DNA of 46,429 nucleotides, the filler included, from Jimgerdemannia flammicorona (lineage: Eukaryota), in the NCBI GenBank assembly GCA_003990765.1. It is 2 parts of 2 records of this genome, joined end to end, with 100 filler letters (N's around TTAATTAATTAA, not from the genome) between each part and the next. Parts side by side here need not be neighbours in the genome. Positions count along the whole stretch, not along the records: positions 23,268 to 46,429 come from RBNJ01001143.1; 1 more part is not named here. One strand, 5' to 3'. The translations under genes and the position numbers were made by a program. The notes below the pieces were generated by a model. The model searched no databases, had not been told where the DNA came from, and saw only the letters and a list, made by a program, of their open reading frames with translations. Position 1 is the first letter of the stretch; every line of letters begins with the position of its first letter. Below, in pieces: positions 23,268 through 34,719 of this stretch.

Positions 23268-24470
23268 TTTTAATAGACTCATAGTCCCATAGATTTTTAT
23301 TGGAAGGAAACCTAGACTATATAGGCCAAAACCCTCCCCCACCACTCACTGAATAATATCCCCCCATTAACTTAGGCTACTAAATTGTTCAGCAGTCTCA
23401 CTGCTCCAACTATGCCTGTCGAACATCAGCTATGTTGACCCCTACAATATAGACTAGACTTGTCTACTCACCAGGGCTAGATCATCATTTACACGCGAGA
23501 GCACACCTATACATCAGATCTAGCAGCACTGGAACTAAATAAAGAATAGCCCCCTAAACCCCAAAAGAAAGCCTAAGGCAAAGAAAAAACCCTCTAACTA
23601 ATTAACAGAGAGCAAAGTAGATTCAAAGTAGGTGAGTAAAAGACTTATATGCAGCACCTTCCTCAAAGGACTTACATATGGGCTAGGGCCTAAAGAGACC
23701 CCACTCCCACTCCCCGAGCCTGCGGACCTTGATCATATTGCTGTGTCAGCTCCTGGTTCTAGTTGAGTACTGCCAAATGAAGAAGGCCCCACTCCCCAAG
23801 CCTGTGGGCCTTGATCGCGTTGCCGTGTCAGCTCCTGGTTTCAGTTGGATATAGCCAGGATGCCAGCCCCTGCACCACCCCACCCCCCACCAGCCAATCG
23901 AAAGGCCCCACTGAAATATTATCTGCCCCAGCTCCAATGACTACCCCCAGCCTAGTATTCTACTGGTTCACTGTAATTGCTCTTCCTCCTATTTGTGATG
24001 GCCATCTCTCCTCCCAACCTGATATCATCTGAAAAACAGTCACCTATGCCAGAACTGTGCTTGCCAGGAAGCTCGCCAAAGCCAGAGGGCCCCACCACAG
24101 GCACCGAGGACCTACAGGTAACCTATACTGAATACTTGATACCTAAGGTCGGCCAACTTCCTATATAGCTCGAGACATACTGAGACAGTATCTTGTTGGT
24201 GATGACAAAAGGAAGAAGGTGCCGCACCAAAATGGATACACTCCAGACACAGTCGAAGACACCAGAAACTGTGAAAAAGTGGAAAAGACACCAATCTGAT
24301 ACTGATAAAGGGGCAACTCATCACCATTACTCTCCTTCCACCATGCTCATGTAGGCACAATAAACCAACCCGAGGTAGAGGGGGTAATAATAGGGGAAAG
24401 GGGACTTGGAAGGTTGCCTACCAAACCTTGTGACTGGTAAGGTAGCAGAGAAAGGTCCAACTTTTGGTAT
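23268..24470. repeat. Unclassified CpG-poor, probably TE-derived segment with a ~59-bp direct repeat (23706-23764 and 23788-23846)
   Basis: CCCACTCCCCRAGCCTGYGGRCCTTGATC...GTGTCAGCTCCTGGTT occurs twice; composition resembles the TE zones; no recognisable protein motif. Confidence 0.45.
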
Positions 24471-25001
24471 TGCAACATATGCTAAAGAGAAAGTTTTGAT
24501 GACGTTATATTTTTCATGACGACGTCATCAAGCCGAGGGTCGGCAGTCACAAAGCGCAATCCATCAACCCTAATCAAGCAGTGCATTATGCATGTACGAC
24601 TGTGGTAATCTTTGTGGCAGAGCTCTGAGGACCCTTATGCAAATTCTATATCGCTTTTACTGCCTTTTGTAAGGGCGGCGTATACCATTATGGGAGCGTG
24701 GATATGCAATGTCAAAACGGCCCTTGGAATCGTTATTTATGCGGATTGAGACCAGGCCGGGAACGATGTCAACAAACATTTGATCAGAGGATCAGTACTT
24801 AATTACGTTGCATAAGGGAGTGCAATCGGGCAGATGATCTGGGGTTGTGGGAAAATTGGCCGTTCATTTTTCATTTTTGACGCCAGTGGTTGACGTGTCC
24901 TGCGTGACCCTCGCGTATGTATTTGTTCTCGGGTATCTTCGCCCATCCGCTCGTTCTTTCCCTTCTCTCAACGGAACAAGCAAATAGCAACGCCTTCACA
25001 C

Positions 25002-27021
25002 ATGACCTCCTCCTTTTCCGAAGAAGTACGCAAGCAGGTTGAGACCCAGCTCCATGGTGGTATTACAATCGTTGGTAGGTGCTCTTTTCTGACAACTGGC
25101 TCCTCTCCGTTGACCTGGAAGGAGTTATTGCTGTAAAGCATAGCATAGACTTTTGTGTCTCTCGTTGCATTTTAGTATCGTTTATCTGGCGTATGTTAAC
25201 GAATTTCGATTTGTGACTGCCTCCCTGCATACAGTCCTGGGAGCGTCGGGCGATCTAGCCAAGAAAAAAACCTTCCCCGCCCTGTTTGGTCTCTACCGCA
25301 ATGGCTTCTTCCCTCCCAAGACCCACATTGTCGGCTACGCCCGCACGAAGATGACCCACGAGGAGTATCACAAGCGGGTTTCGCAGTACATCAAGGTCCC
25401 CGAGGTCTTCCGCAAGCAGCTCAACGAGTTTCTCGCTATCAGCACCTATGTTGATGGACAGTACGACGAGGATGCTTCCTATCAGAACCTGAACAAGCAC
25501 ATCGAGAAGATCGAAAACGACTCCCATATTGCCGATGGCCACAAAAACAGATTGTTCTATATGGCACTGCCACCCTCCGTCTTCATCCCTGTCGCAAAAG
25601 GGCTCAAGAAGAACGTATACTCGAGGGGCTCCATCAATCGCGTGGTGGTCGAGAAGCCGTTTGGTATGGATCTTGATAGCTCTAGGCGTCTGGACAAAGA
25701 GCTCGGTGCCTTGTTCTCGGAGGACGAGGTGGGTATACAAAATATATTTGGCAATACGTAAATCTTGGGAATAGATATGATTCATATATTTCAATCTTAT
25801 TTACGCATCCGTACTTTTCAAATAGATCTATCGTATCGACCACTATCTCGGCAAGGAAATGGTCAAGAACATTATGACTCTGCGCTTCGCCAACGTCTTC
25901 TTCGGCTCCATTTGGAATGCGCAGCACATCGAAAACGTGCAGATTACCTTTAAGGAGCCTTTTGGTACCGAGGGTCGTGGCGGGTACTTTGACGAATTTG
26001 GCATCATCAGGGATGTCATCCAGAATCGTGAGTATCGGTCATGTTTGCAACTGGAATGAAACTCAAAATGGTCATCACAACTGGTGGATGAGCAAATATG
26101 CGGTATAATGTGTAACACAAATATTGTTCTGTCTTCATGAATCCTAGATTTGTTCCAAGTATTATCGTTGCTTGCCATGGAACGCCCAATCTCGATGAGC
26201 GCCGAGGCTATCCGCGACGAGAAGGTCAAAGTTCTGAGATGCATACCACCAATTGTTGTCAGTGATGCGTTGGTGGGACAGTATGGCAAGTCGGTGGACG
26301 GAACAAAGCCCGGTTACTTGGAGGATGATACATTAAAGAACAAGCAAAGTGTCACGCCAACATTTGCTACTTTGGTTGCTTGGATCAATAATGAGCGCTG
26401 GCAAGGTTAGTGTGACTTGTGGCCCTGATCGCGTTCATATTGCATGAGATGCGTCTGGTGTGAATTCAACCAAATCAAATTTCTGCACTTGTACAATAAA
26501 ACCTAGGCGTTCCCTTCATCCTCAAGGCTGGAAAAGCCCTCAACGAATCGAAGGTGGACGTTCGTATCCAATTCAAGAACGTCGCCGGTCAACTTTTCAA
26601 GGAGGTACCCCGCAATGAGCTCGTCATCCGCGTCCAGCCCAACGAGGCCGTCTACATGAAGTTCAACAACAAGCTTCCAGGCTTGTCCTTCCAGACAACC
26701 ATCTCCGAGCTTGACCTCAGCTACCACCGCCGCTACTCAGACCTGAGGATTCCCGACGCGTATGAGGCCCTGATCCTGGACGTCCTCCGCGGAGACCACT
26801 CCAACTTCGTCCGCAATGACGAGCTCGATGTTGCCTGGACTATTTTCACGCCCTTACTCCACGAACTCGAGACGTCAAAGGTCAAGCCCATCGAGTATGC
26901 ATACGGCTCCCGCGGCCCCAAGCAACTGGACGAGTTTGTGAAGCGGTACGGGTTCCGAAGGCATCAGGAACAGTACATTTGGCCAATTCAGAACGTCGAC
27001 GGGACTGGATCCCGGAAGTAA
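25002..27021 (+). CDS. G6PD: Glucose-6-phosphate 1-dehydrogenase, 5 exons (25002-25074, 25235-25728, 25826-26027, 26148-26405, 26507-27021)
   Basis: [62 protein letters not shown] introns join in frame. Confidence 0.98.
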
Positions 27022-28137
27022 ACCATCTGGATGGTGACGTATTATCAAGTCGAGGCTCTTCACATGTACCAGCATGCAATAGTCCGACCATCACAAAGGC
27101 TCCGTGCTTGACGAGAAACGAAACTTGTCGATGTAAAAATAAAAATAAAAAATGACACTTCGATTCGTTCACTTGTCAACTTATTATACCTTTTTAAATA
27201 CATATATTATTACTTCCTTTTTTTTTTTTTTTTTTTTGCTGTTCATGGAATTGGGTTGGTATTGGTGGTATGTTACCAGAAATCCCAATGGCACCGAGGG
27301 TTTAGATCCCCCACAATAAACAAGCGTAACTCACTAGGACCCCCACTGTTGCCCCTATGTTTGCACCGATGTCCCATGTTTTGGAGAAAATCCCCCCCTC
27401 CCGGAGAACCGAGGCAAAAAATCCTAAATAAACCTTTCATTACTTTACTGACCTAATCCTTACCATCCCGCCTTGTGCTTTCTCGCTCTCCTCACCATTG
27501 GCTACTCTGACCAAGCTGCCGTGGACGCCGACCGCGCTTTTGAAATGCAATGATCGTGAAGCCTTCAACACCTCAGCATCCTACCGAAACCCATTTTGGT
27601 AACGAGATAATACAAGACATGTTGAAGATCACCGCTGAGGCGAAGTACATCCACGCACGAGCGCGGCCTCGGGAGTGATCACCTCAGGATTGCTCTGATA
27701 TCTCTGAAGGTCGTTCAATAGGCCTGGGATGCGCGACGGACGGTATCCATGGGACGCGATGCGCGCCAGAGCCAAGGCTGCCAGCACCGAGGAAGGATTG
27801 GAGACGTTGGGGACGTCAGAGGTGGAGGTCAGGCTTACAAACAGTCAGTGCACCACGAGCGGGGCCGACAAAGACCTGACAATATTGGCCATGCTCAGCG
27901 TAATGCCGACGCGTCGTCCCCGGGCGCTACGATCGGTTCCAGTGGCTATTCGACATTATCGAGAATTGGAAACCGGGTACGACCTTATTCACGTTATACA
28001 TTGTAAAGTTCGCCATGTCGCTTCAGACCTCGATCCCGGTCTTCGAGCTTCCTGCTGTGTGTATTGACCCCACTGTCTGAGGACGGCAACACGTACTTGG
28101 TCTTGCCGATAGCCAGCAATTTACCCCTGATCTTGGA

Positions 28138-28186
28138 GTTATTCAGGTAGGTGATTTTTTGTTATTCAGGTAGGTGATTTTTTGTT
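28138..28186 (+). repeat. Perfect 23-bp tandem duplication (GTTATTCAGGTAGGTGATTTTTT x2)
   Basis: Read directly from the sequence. Confidence 0.9.
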
Positions 28187-29291
28187 TAAATAAGCCTAAC
28201 TTAAGATATCTCTTTCCGCACTGAAAATGTGAACGCATTTTATCTTGTTATATTGATATGAGCATCTTAATAAATATTCAGAGGATTTTCGGTTTCGTAA
28301 CTAGTGATTGTTTTTCGTGAGCAGCACAATGATAGACGTCGCCATGTAATATGGCATCGACTTGGAGCTTGCAAACAGTGATGATAGTTGATTAGTTTCG
28401 CTGATAGATGTTATATAAGCTTTTGAAAATAAAGGCTACCTGGGACATAGTTTAACTCTCGATATGAATATATTGTTTCTTCACTTGTTGATGCAGGAGG
28501 AAACCAAGCTGCCGAGCTGTTGTGATGGTTCAGTAGAGCCGAAAACTGGTCAATTGCGTGACGTGCCACGGACAATTTCATCTCATATAACTAGCTTCCT
28601 CAAACTAGTGATTCTAATGAATCAAGTTGGTCATATTCTGCTCTCTACTTCTTCAGCACTTGACATCGGTTGGCATTTGTATACAATGAGTAGATCCATA
28701 TCAGTTATGAAATAATGTCTATACTTATTATCCCAGCGTCCGGGGTTTGAGCGCGAATTGGAGGAAATCCCTACAATTCGAGGTACAATCTTTAACCACG
28801 ATTTGCTTTTTAGAGTTATTCTATACATATACCTTCAATTCCAGCCGGCCTTCGGTTGATAAATTATTTCGTGGATTCACATTCCCAATAACATTAGCCC
28901 ATACGTATTAGTCCTAGTTGTTTGTCCTCACCCGCAGCGCTGCGCTGTGTTTGTTTTTCGGATAAGGTTGATAAATCGCATCGTTATTAATGCGAGAGCT
29001 AACTAACATACTACAATCGCATCCCGTCGCGTTCCTTCTCCTATATAATGCACATGTATGCATTGGTATTTACAAATAGGATGAAGGCTGTGAAGGTTAG
29101 AATCCATAGTTGACATCCACTGCGAAGCTAAAAATGAGTTCCAAGCCGACTCCGAGCATACCGTTCATGAATGTAGCTAGCTACCTGGGTCGCAATTACA
29201 AACATGGTTTCTTCCTCCCGTTAACACCATCATCCTTATATTCTGCCCGTGCCTCAACCCAATCTCGACCGTCCAAGCTCACAACAGCAAA

Positions 29292-30515
29292 TTATGCGCT
29301 CTGGTCGGTGACCATGGCAGTGGCCGCTGAGGAGACGGTATTCGTGGTCAGTCCGCGCAGCGAGATATCATACACGACCTCCTCAATCTTCTTGATGTCG
29401 TATTTGATGCCGTCAAACCTGGATTTCGAGAAGGTAGTGTTGAGGGATAATGAGGTCAATGCGCATGTAATGAATGCGCTAGAAATATCTCCATGGGCGG
29501 AGTACGTCTTACCGCTTCCTGAGCAAATCGTTCTTGAGATTCAGGAGTTGGAACCCGGAGCCCAGATCTTTGACAAATTTCGAGATGCGTAGAGGACGGG
29601 AATAGTCACCGGCGGTGACGGAGTTGACAGCCAAGCGGGACTGAGGGCAGTATCGAAGACGGTGGGGGGAGTTAGATCTACAAACAAGGTTCTGATGTGA
29701 AATGTTGGTAGAGGACAGACGTACCAGCTCGTTCGTCATACTGACGAAGCTGTGCAGCACATCCTCGATCGAGATGTGGAAATATTGAAGGTCATTGTTG
29801 ATGTTGACTTTGACTGCAAAAGGGTAAGGTATTGGTTAGGTTGGACGTTTTCCCAGTAGAAAATGTGTCGCTCATGTGGCATTTTCCAGTGACATCATGC
29901 CCACCTCCCAATATCTCCTCCAACTCGGCAATGGTTATGAGCCGTTCATATTGCAAGTAGGTGGTGAAGGTCGCGAGGAAACAGGCCTGCTGCACGGTTC
30001 GGTTCCAGAGGTCATTGTATCTAGTGGGGTAGAAAGGGGTAAGCAAACGCGCTGGGTAGGAAGTAGTAGTTAGCAAAATTTGGGAGACAAGACGGGCTCA
30101 TACTTATAAAACTGCTTTTCTGGTACAAGCGAGGCCAGTTTCGTCAAGTGGCCACGAGCGTCGACGAAATAGTGGAGTGCGTTGTCGCAGATAGCCGGCG
30201 CTGTGGCAGAACGTCAGGTTGACGAATTAGTGCCGAGCTTCCGCAAGGGCGGTGTATCCATTAAATTGCAAGATAATCATACTTTCAGACGAGGAGCTGG
30301 CGTGGACTTGGTTGAGAACGGCAGTGATAGCGCGACAGGTTCGGTCGAAATCTCGCACGGCTTGGCGGATCTCCTGTGGGGTTTGAAGCGGGTGGGTAAC
30401 AGGATAGGACACCATTGGCAAGTCAAGGGCAGAGGGAACTTACGTCTTTTATTTTTGCTTCGGAGTCCATGGATGTCTGTATTTTGTCGAAAAAGTTGAG
30501 ATCGACGGTGGTCAT
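29292..30515 (-). CDS. TSN: Translin, 7 exons
   Basis: Spliced translation MTTVDLNFF...EIRQAVRDFDRTCRAITAVLNQVH...ELSRLAVNSVTAGDYSRPLRISKFV...FQLLNLKNDLLRKRFDGIKYDIKKIEEVVYDISLRGL is the translin signature. Confidence 0.96.
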
Positions 30516-30613
30516 GTTTGTGGGGTGGAGGTAAAGAGAGACGAAGACGCGCCAGGCAATTTATTTGGATACAAAAATCCCCAGTCCCTTTGTCCCAACC
30601 CAACATTGAAATA
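30516..30613. promoter_or_regulatory. Putative bidirectional promoter region between translin and the TERB2-like gene (98 bp between start codons)
   Basis: Head-to-head ATGs at 30515 (-) and 30614 (+). Confidence 0.6.
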
Positions 30614-32204
30614 ATGTTCGCAAACCAACGCGCCTGGTTCAGCTCCTCTGTCCCAGACCTTCACAAGCTACTTTGGAGTATGCACCGTTTCCTTGATAGA
30701 AGCCTGAAGAATCGTTACAGCCTCAGATCCTAACCTCTCGGTCCACTCCGTCCGCCAAACTCAGCAAAGGAACAGGGTCAGCCGTCGGCGGACGCCCTCG
30801 ATCCGCAAGTCGATCCGCAAGTGAGATACTTCTTCAGTAATGACGTGAACGAACCTCATACTAAAAGGTTCGTGCAGAGAAAAGGCACTGGCGTATTTTG
30901 TTTCCAACTGTTCAAGTCATTGAGCTATGATACACAGACTCCTAGACAATACCAACAAGGTCGTCTTCATTTCGCAATGGATCCCCGATTCCGCCAAAGA
31001 CAAATTCCGGAAGCCACTCGGTCCTTACGTGTTGCAGGATCACAATACCCGTACGTTTTGATAATTTAACGTACGGTGCATAGAGTATTGGTTTTCTACT
31101 TGTGCGACGCCTTACGTGTCTATTCGCTAACAACTGATTTTTTTGTCTCTCATACCATCCTAATCTTTATCCCAGAGCCCTACAATCCACCTCTTTACAC
31201 CCCGCCTGCCACCGCTCTCTCGTCTCGCCGCACCAGAATGTCTCCTCCCGTCAATACCCCGTCACCTCGCCTCCCACACCACCAGTCCGTCGACCCAACC
31301 ACCGACCAATCACCTCCACCCACGGACAAGCTTAGCCACCACAATCGTGACGCCTTCGCCTCGCGGCTCCAAGGATCTACATCCACGTCCCCGATCGACA
31401 TCGGCGAGGCCATGGAAAGTTCTTCGCGCGGCGAACGCAGGACAAGAGAGGAAGTGGATGCGGGTGCGAACGAGCCGAGCGACGGAAATGAATGGCCGCC
31501 AACTCCGTCCAAGAGGGCCAGGAAGCTGCCGAGGAGTTTCGAGGGGCAGAATATCGAGAGCCGGCAGAGGTGAGCCACGTTTGGGGTGGAAGCCGCTCCA
31601 ATCAGAGTGGCTTCCCTAGGCTATTGTAGTAATTTACAGAGTAACTCAATCGAACTATTCTCTTTTGCTTGCACATTTTGCCTTAGACTTCTAGATGCGC
31701 TAACGTTGCAATACCAATGCATTGGCTTTCGGTTCTAGAATTCTAGGCACGACCGTAGCAACCGAGGATGAGGGATACTTCCAGGACGTCCAATCTCCGA
31801 GGTACGCTTTTCGGTTTCGTAACTCTTCTCAACTTTAGGGAAGATGTATGGTAAAGTCGCGGGCCTTCTTTCCTTTCATCCGTTGAAAATTGAGATGTGA
31901 TTTCTGATACTTCTGCCCTTCGTTAAACGAAACTCGCAGTCCCGAACTCGCCGATCCGGCCCCTATCTGCGACACGGACCACGATCTCTTACTACCGGAC
32001 CTCTCGCCTGACGACACCCGTGAGACCATCACAGTCGCCGAGCTGTTCTCGCGCGTACGTGCCATCGCCGGCGAGGACCTGCGGACCGACGAGGAGGTGC
32101 ACGAGTGGCTGCTGCGCGACGTGCGGGACTTCACTCCCGGGAAGAACGGGTGCATCGTGACGTTGAATCCGGCGTGGAAAGCGAAGAGGCGGCAATGCTC
32201 ATGA
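30614..32204 (+). CDS. TERB2: TERB2-like meiotic telomere bouquet protein, 6 exons (30614-30677, 30765-30867, 30938-31050, 31176-31569, 31739-31801, 31940-32204), 333 aa
   Basis: All introns GT-AG and phase-compatible; exons total 1002 nt. N-terminus MFANQRAWFSSSVPDLHKLLWTKEQG...RYFFSNDVNEPHTKRLL...KVVFISQWI...PLGPYVL and C-terminal LRDVRDFTPGKNGCIV match human TERB2 as I recall it (MFQGQRGWFCGSV...FW..EGG...FLFSCDASHPDTLR...VF...LGHFIL; LGELHDFIPGTSGY). Confidence 0.8.
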
Positions 32205-32675
32205 GGAAGATTGGAAGCCGAGATGATGAGCAAGAGTATGTGATCTGTAAGCAGACTGGTGGTCGGACTGGAGATGTTGATTAAGAGATGGTATGGTTGG
32301 TTGCGGCGATAGATAGGTACAAACTTAATGCCGATTTCTTGCTTCGCTTTTGTATAGGTCGTTGCGTTCGCTTGCATCACATTATCGATTTATCTATATA
32401 CTCTACTTGATATTGTGTCTTTGTCCGCCTCATTTTCGGCGTTAATCTCACATAGCTACAGTATTTGAAATACTACTACTCACCGATATCTACTTGTACA
32501 TTCTGTATTTTCGTCATCTTTGAGTTCGATAGGCAATTCGCATGTACATACTTTGCATAGTTTCATCGCATGGCTATACCACTTGCGCTAAGCTTCTTTC
32601 CATTGATGGTCGCTTCAGCATGTATTGATGGATTGATAATTATAACTGGATTTTGCGTCGGGGTATTCGGCCCCA

Positions 32676-34591
32676 TCACCGTTCGCCCTTCCCGTTATCC
32701 TCGTCCTCCAACAAGAAACCCTCGATCTGTTTCCTCAACCCCTCCACTCTCTCCTCTCTAGTCGCCACTCGCTCCGCCACGTACGGCGGAAACGCCGCCC
32801 CTGTACACTCCACACGTCGCATATCCCGCAGGCCCACCTGGCAGCCGTAGCAGAAGTGGTCGGTCAGATCTGGGGTCATACGTGGTTCGATCGGTAGGGC
32901 GGCCGACCGGGGAGGTGAGGAGGTGGAGGAGGAAGGGACGGTGACGACGGTGATGCGGTGGCGCCATTCTTTGGTGGAGAGTTGGATGGGTCTATGAAGA
33001 AAGGGTGCGAGGGTTGAGACACACCGACAGAAAACCGAACCGTCCCCTTGGAAAAGCATCCCACGGCGAAAGTCCGAGAGTGGTCGCGCGCGCGCCGACG
33101 AACGAGACTCACTTCAGGCACAATGCACATGCCTGCTCGAGGTTCATGCTCTCCGCGTGGGTTAGCTTGGACGCCGTGCGGGTGATAGTGCTGACGGTCG
33201 AGGGGAAGTCGCGGTCGAGGCCGACAATGAACTCTGCGGTAGGGAGGGAGAGCCATGAGACCAAAAGCGAGCGAGGTTGAACATGACTGAGCGTGGCGGG
33301 TCATTTTCGAATCTCGCGTCTAAACTTCGCAGTCTTCCCAACCCAGTTTTCATTCCGTTCCACCCTTCTCCGGTAAACCCACCTTCCGTCAGCCTCTCGA
33401 TACTTCCCCTCCCCCCGACGCCGGTCGCGAAATTCTTCGCGACGACAACCGAAGCTTCCAGCCCACGGAACCGATTGTACACGCCGACCTCTTTGCTCAG
33501 CATGTCCTTCATGGGCCGCAGTACAATCATGCCCGGGACCGACACAGCGTCTTCGGTGGCCACGTCGAGCGGAAGACTATACCCGCGGCCCTTAGCCGTG
33601 AGCGAGATGGTCTTGATGGCCAGGCGGGTCGACGTATCGCCGAGGAAGAGGCGCGTGCAGCTGGAGGAAGGGTGGGTAAGTCAGATGACAAAAGGGAAGC
33701 GACAAAAGGGAAGCGAAATGAAAGGAGGGAGGAAAATACGTACCCCTCACGACGGGCAACGTGAATGAGGATGGTAAGTTTGAGATGGGAGTAGAGATCC
33801 TCCTTTGCGGTGCCAGTGGTGAGAGAGTCAAAGAGGGCAGTGAGGCGGGTGGCGTTGGAGGGCGTGAGGTCGGGGCTTGGTGATACGGCGTTGAGGGGAG
33901 TGAGGCGAATTGGGAATTCTATGATCGAGGATGAAGGGGAATTCAGTCACGACGTCACCTATCCATCGGGACATCATTGTCCATTGAAATCTCACCATCC
34001 GCGCCGACCGGACCACCAACCGCCTCCACCACGCGATCGAATGCTCCCGAATCCGTGTAATTGGGGTCAAACACGTCCTCCATCCGCACGCCAACGAAAG
34101 GAAGATCAGGGTACTGCCCACGCACGATAGCCTCGATGTGCGCAAGAGTGCCCTGCTCCTCCTGTCCAAAGAGCGCGCTCTCGTCGATGTGGCAGATAGT
34201 GACGCCACTGAAAAGCTGGCGCTTGGAGGTCTCGTGTGGGACGATATACTGGAAGTCACTAAGGAGGTGAAGCATGGCGCTGTGAAGAAAAGGGGTTTGT
34301 AAGGGAGAGAGATGAAGAAGGGTGGATGGAAATAGCGACACGGTTTATAGATTACCGAGATGAGGGACCGCCGGAGAAGGCGAGGAGGACACGCTCGCCT
34401 TCCTTTTGGCTGACGACCTTAGATTTCATGATGATGGTGCGGAATTTGCCAACGAAGGTGAAAAGAAAGCAGGATTTACAGTATGTCGCGTGGCGGACAA
34501 CGACGACAGAGGGGCTTGTCTTGCACTTGATGCATGTCTTTTGAGTGGGTTTCGGGCCAGCAACCATAACGGGGTCATCCACGTCGCACAT
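32676..34591 (-). CDS. CTU2: Cytoplasmic tRNA 2-thiolation protein 2 (CTU2/Ncs2), multi-exon
   Basis: N-terminal CIKC...YCKSCF...KFR, degenerate PP-loop VLLAFSGGPSS, CHIDES, LRPMKDMLSKEV, C-terminal FCYGC. Confidence 0.9.
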
Positions 34592-34719
34592 TTTAGAATA
34601 TTTGTATTATGAACCGAACATGCGGCGCAGCAAACCTTTCCAGTTGTTTATATAAGTTCAATGTGTATGATTAGCAGTCACGCACTATTGCGCACTGTAG
34701 TTGTAATTATGAAAACATC

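Noticed and set aside
27550..27678. Short ORF MIVKPSTPQHPTETHF... loosely resembling the recalled MAJIN N-terminus (MSLKPFTYPFPETRF)
   Set aside because: Only a few scattered identities, a stop after 42 codons and no downstream MAJIN motifs found; likely chance, and I was primed to look for it.
29110..29592. 160-aa plus-strand ORF, and similar ORFs overlapping G6PD and CTU2
   Set aside because: Antisense to well-supported conserved exons.
31839..31850. 12-nt in-frame micro-exon in the TERB2-like gene
   Set aside because: Flanked by AG and GT and frame-neutral, but it needs a 37-nt upstream intron; cannot be supported without RNA data.
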